Source: Chiloscyllium plagiosum (lineage: Eukaryota). Taken from it: a stretch of DNA of 20,000 bases. The stretch lies in the NCBI RefSeq assembly GCF_004010195.1, contig NC_057760.1, forward strand, positions 2,005,376-2,025,375, written 5' to 3'. The position numbers and the translations under genes are program-made. Positions 19,580-20,000 of the stretch are shown here, piece by piece (the first letter of the stretch is position 1; every line of letters starts with the position of its first letter). Under the pieces are notes generated by a model that worked only from the letters and a program-made list of their open reading frames with translations, ran no database searches and was not told the origin of the DNA.

Positions 19580-20000
19580 GGCAAAATCTATATTGATTGG
19601 GTGACCATTACAATCAGCGAGTATCAACAGTAAAGATTAAATTATCTGGCATTTCACAATGGATGTTCTTCACCTCATTAACTGGCATTATCATTAAACC
19701 ACTACCCTTGCCTCCAGTTCTAATCTGGTCATGCTAGCTGAGCCTTTGTCAAGCAACCTTAAACTTAACTCTTTCCCTACTTGTTCATACCTTATACACT
19801 TTCTCAACAAGAAAGCTGTGCCCTCAAACAGACAGACAATGCCAGATGTAACAAAGAACATGGAAACTACTTCTGATAAGGCAAACTGCAGACTTGCACT
19901 ATTGTAGATAAAGAAATCTAAAAGATCATCAATAATGTTACTTCACAAACTTCAGCATTCCTCGGGAGCAGAACTTCAAAGAACAACACTGTGCAAGAAT

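Noticed and set aside
127..19584. Supplied ORFs as stand-alone genes
   Set aside because: All are under 150 aa, many start at TTG/GTG, and they are either retroelement fragments or chance frames in eukaryotic DNA.

Overview
Repeat-rich, eukaryotic, essentially non-coding DNA. The repeat families point to a cartilaginous fish (shark): HE1/V-SINE-type SINEs with (AATCT)n tails, CR1 LINEs and Penelope-derived hairpins. Family names come from recognition, not from a database search. More than half of the window is decayed retroelements, often nested. These include a fragmented CR1 LINE (5476-9340, +) carrying three younger insertions, several minus-strand fragments of a second CR1/L2-group LINE, HE1 SINEs, a Penelope GIY-YIG endonuclease remnant, Penelope terminal-repeat hairpins with minimal hammerhead-ribozyme cores, and a Tigger-like MITE. 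None of the supplied ORFs is an intact gene. A few short splice-site-flanked segments could be host exons, but I cannot assign a gene or even a strand. The most interesting items are a ~180-bp inverted duplication that includes non-TE flank (1863-2047/2784-2962), a duplicated ~67-bp unit with three concerted, pairing-preserving substitutions, the hammerhead motifs, and an ancient 35-bp minisatellite broken up by later insertions. I see no convincing evidence of a wholly new biological system.
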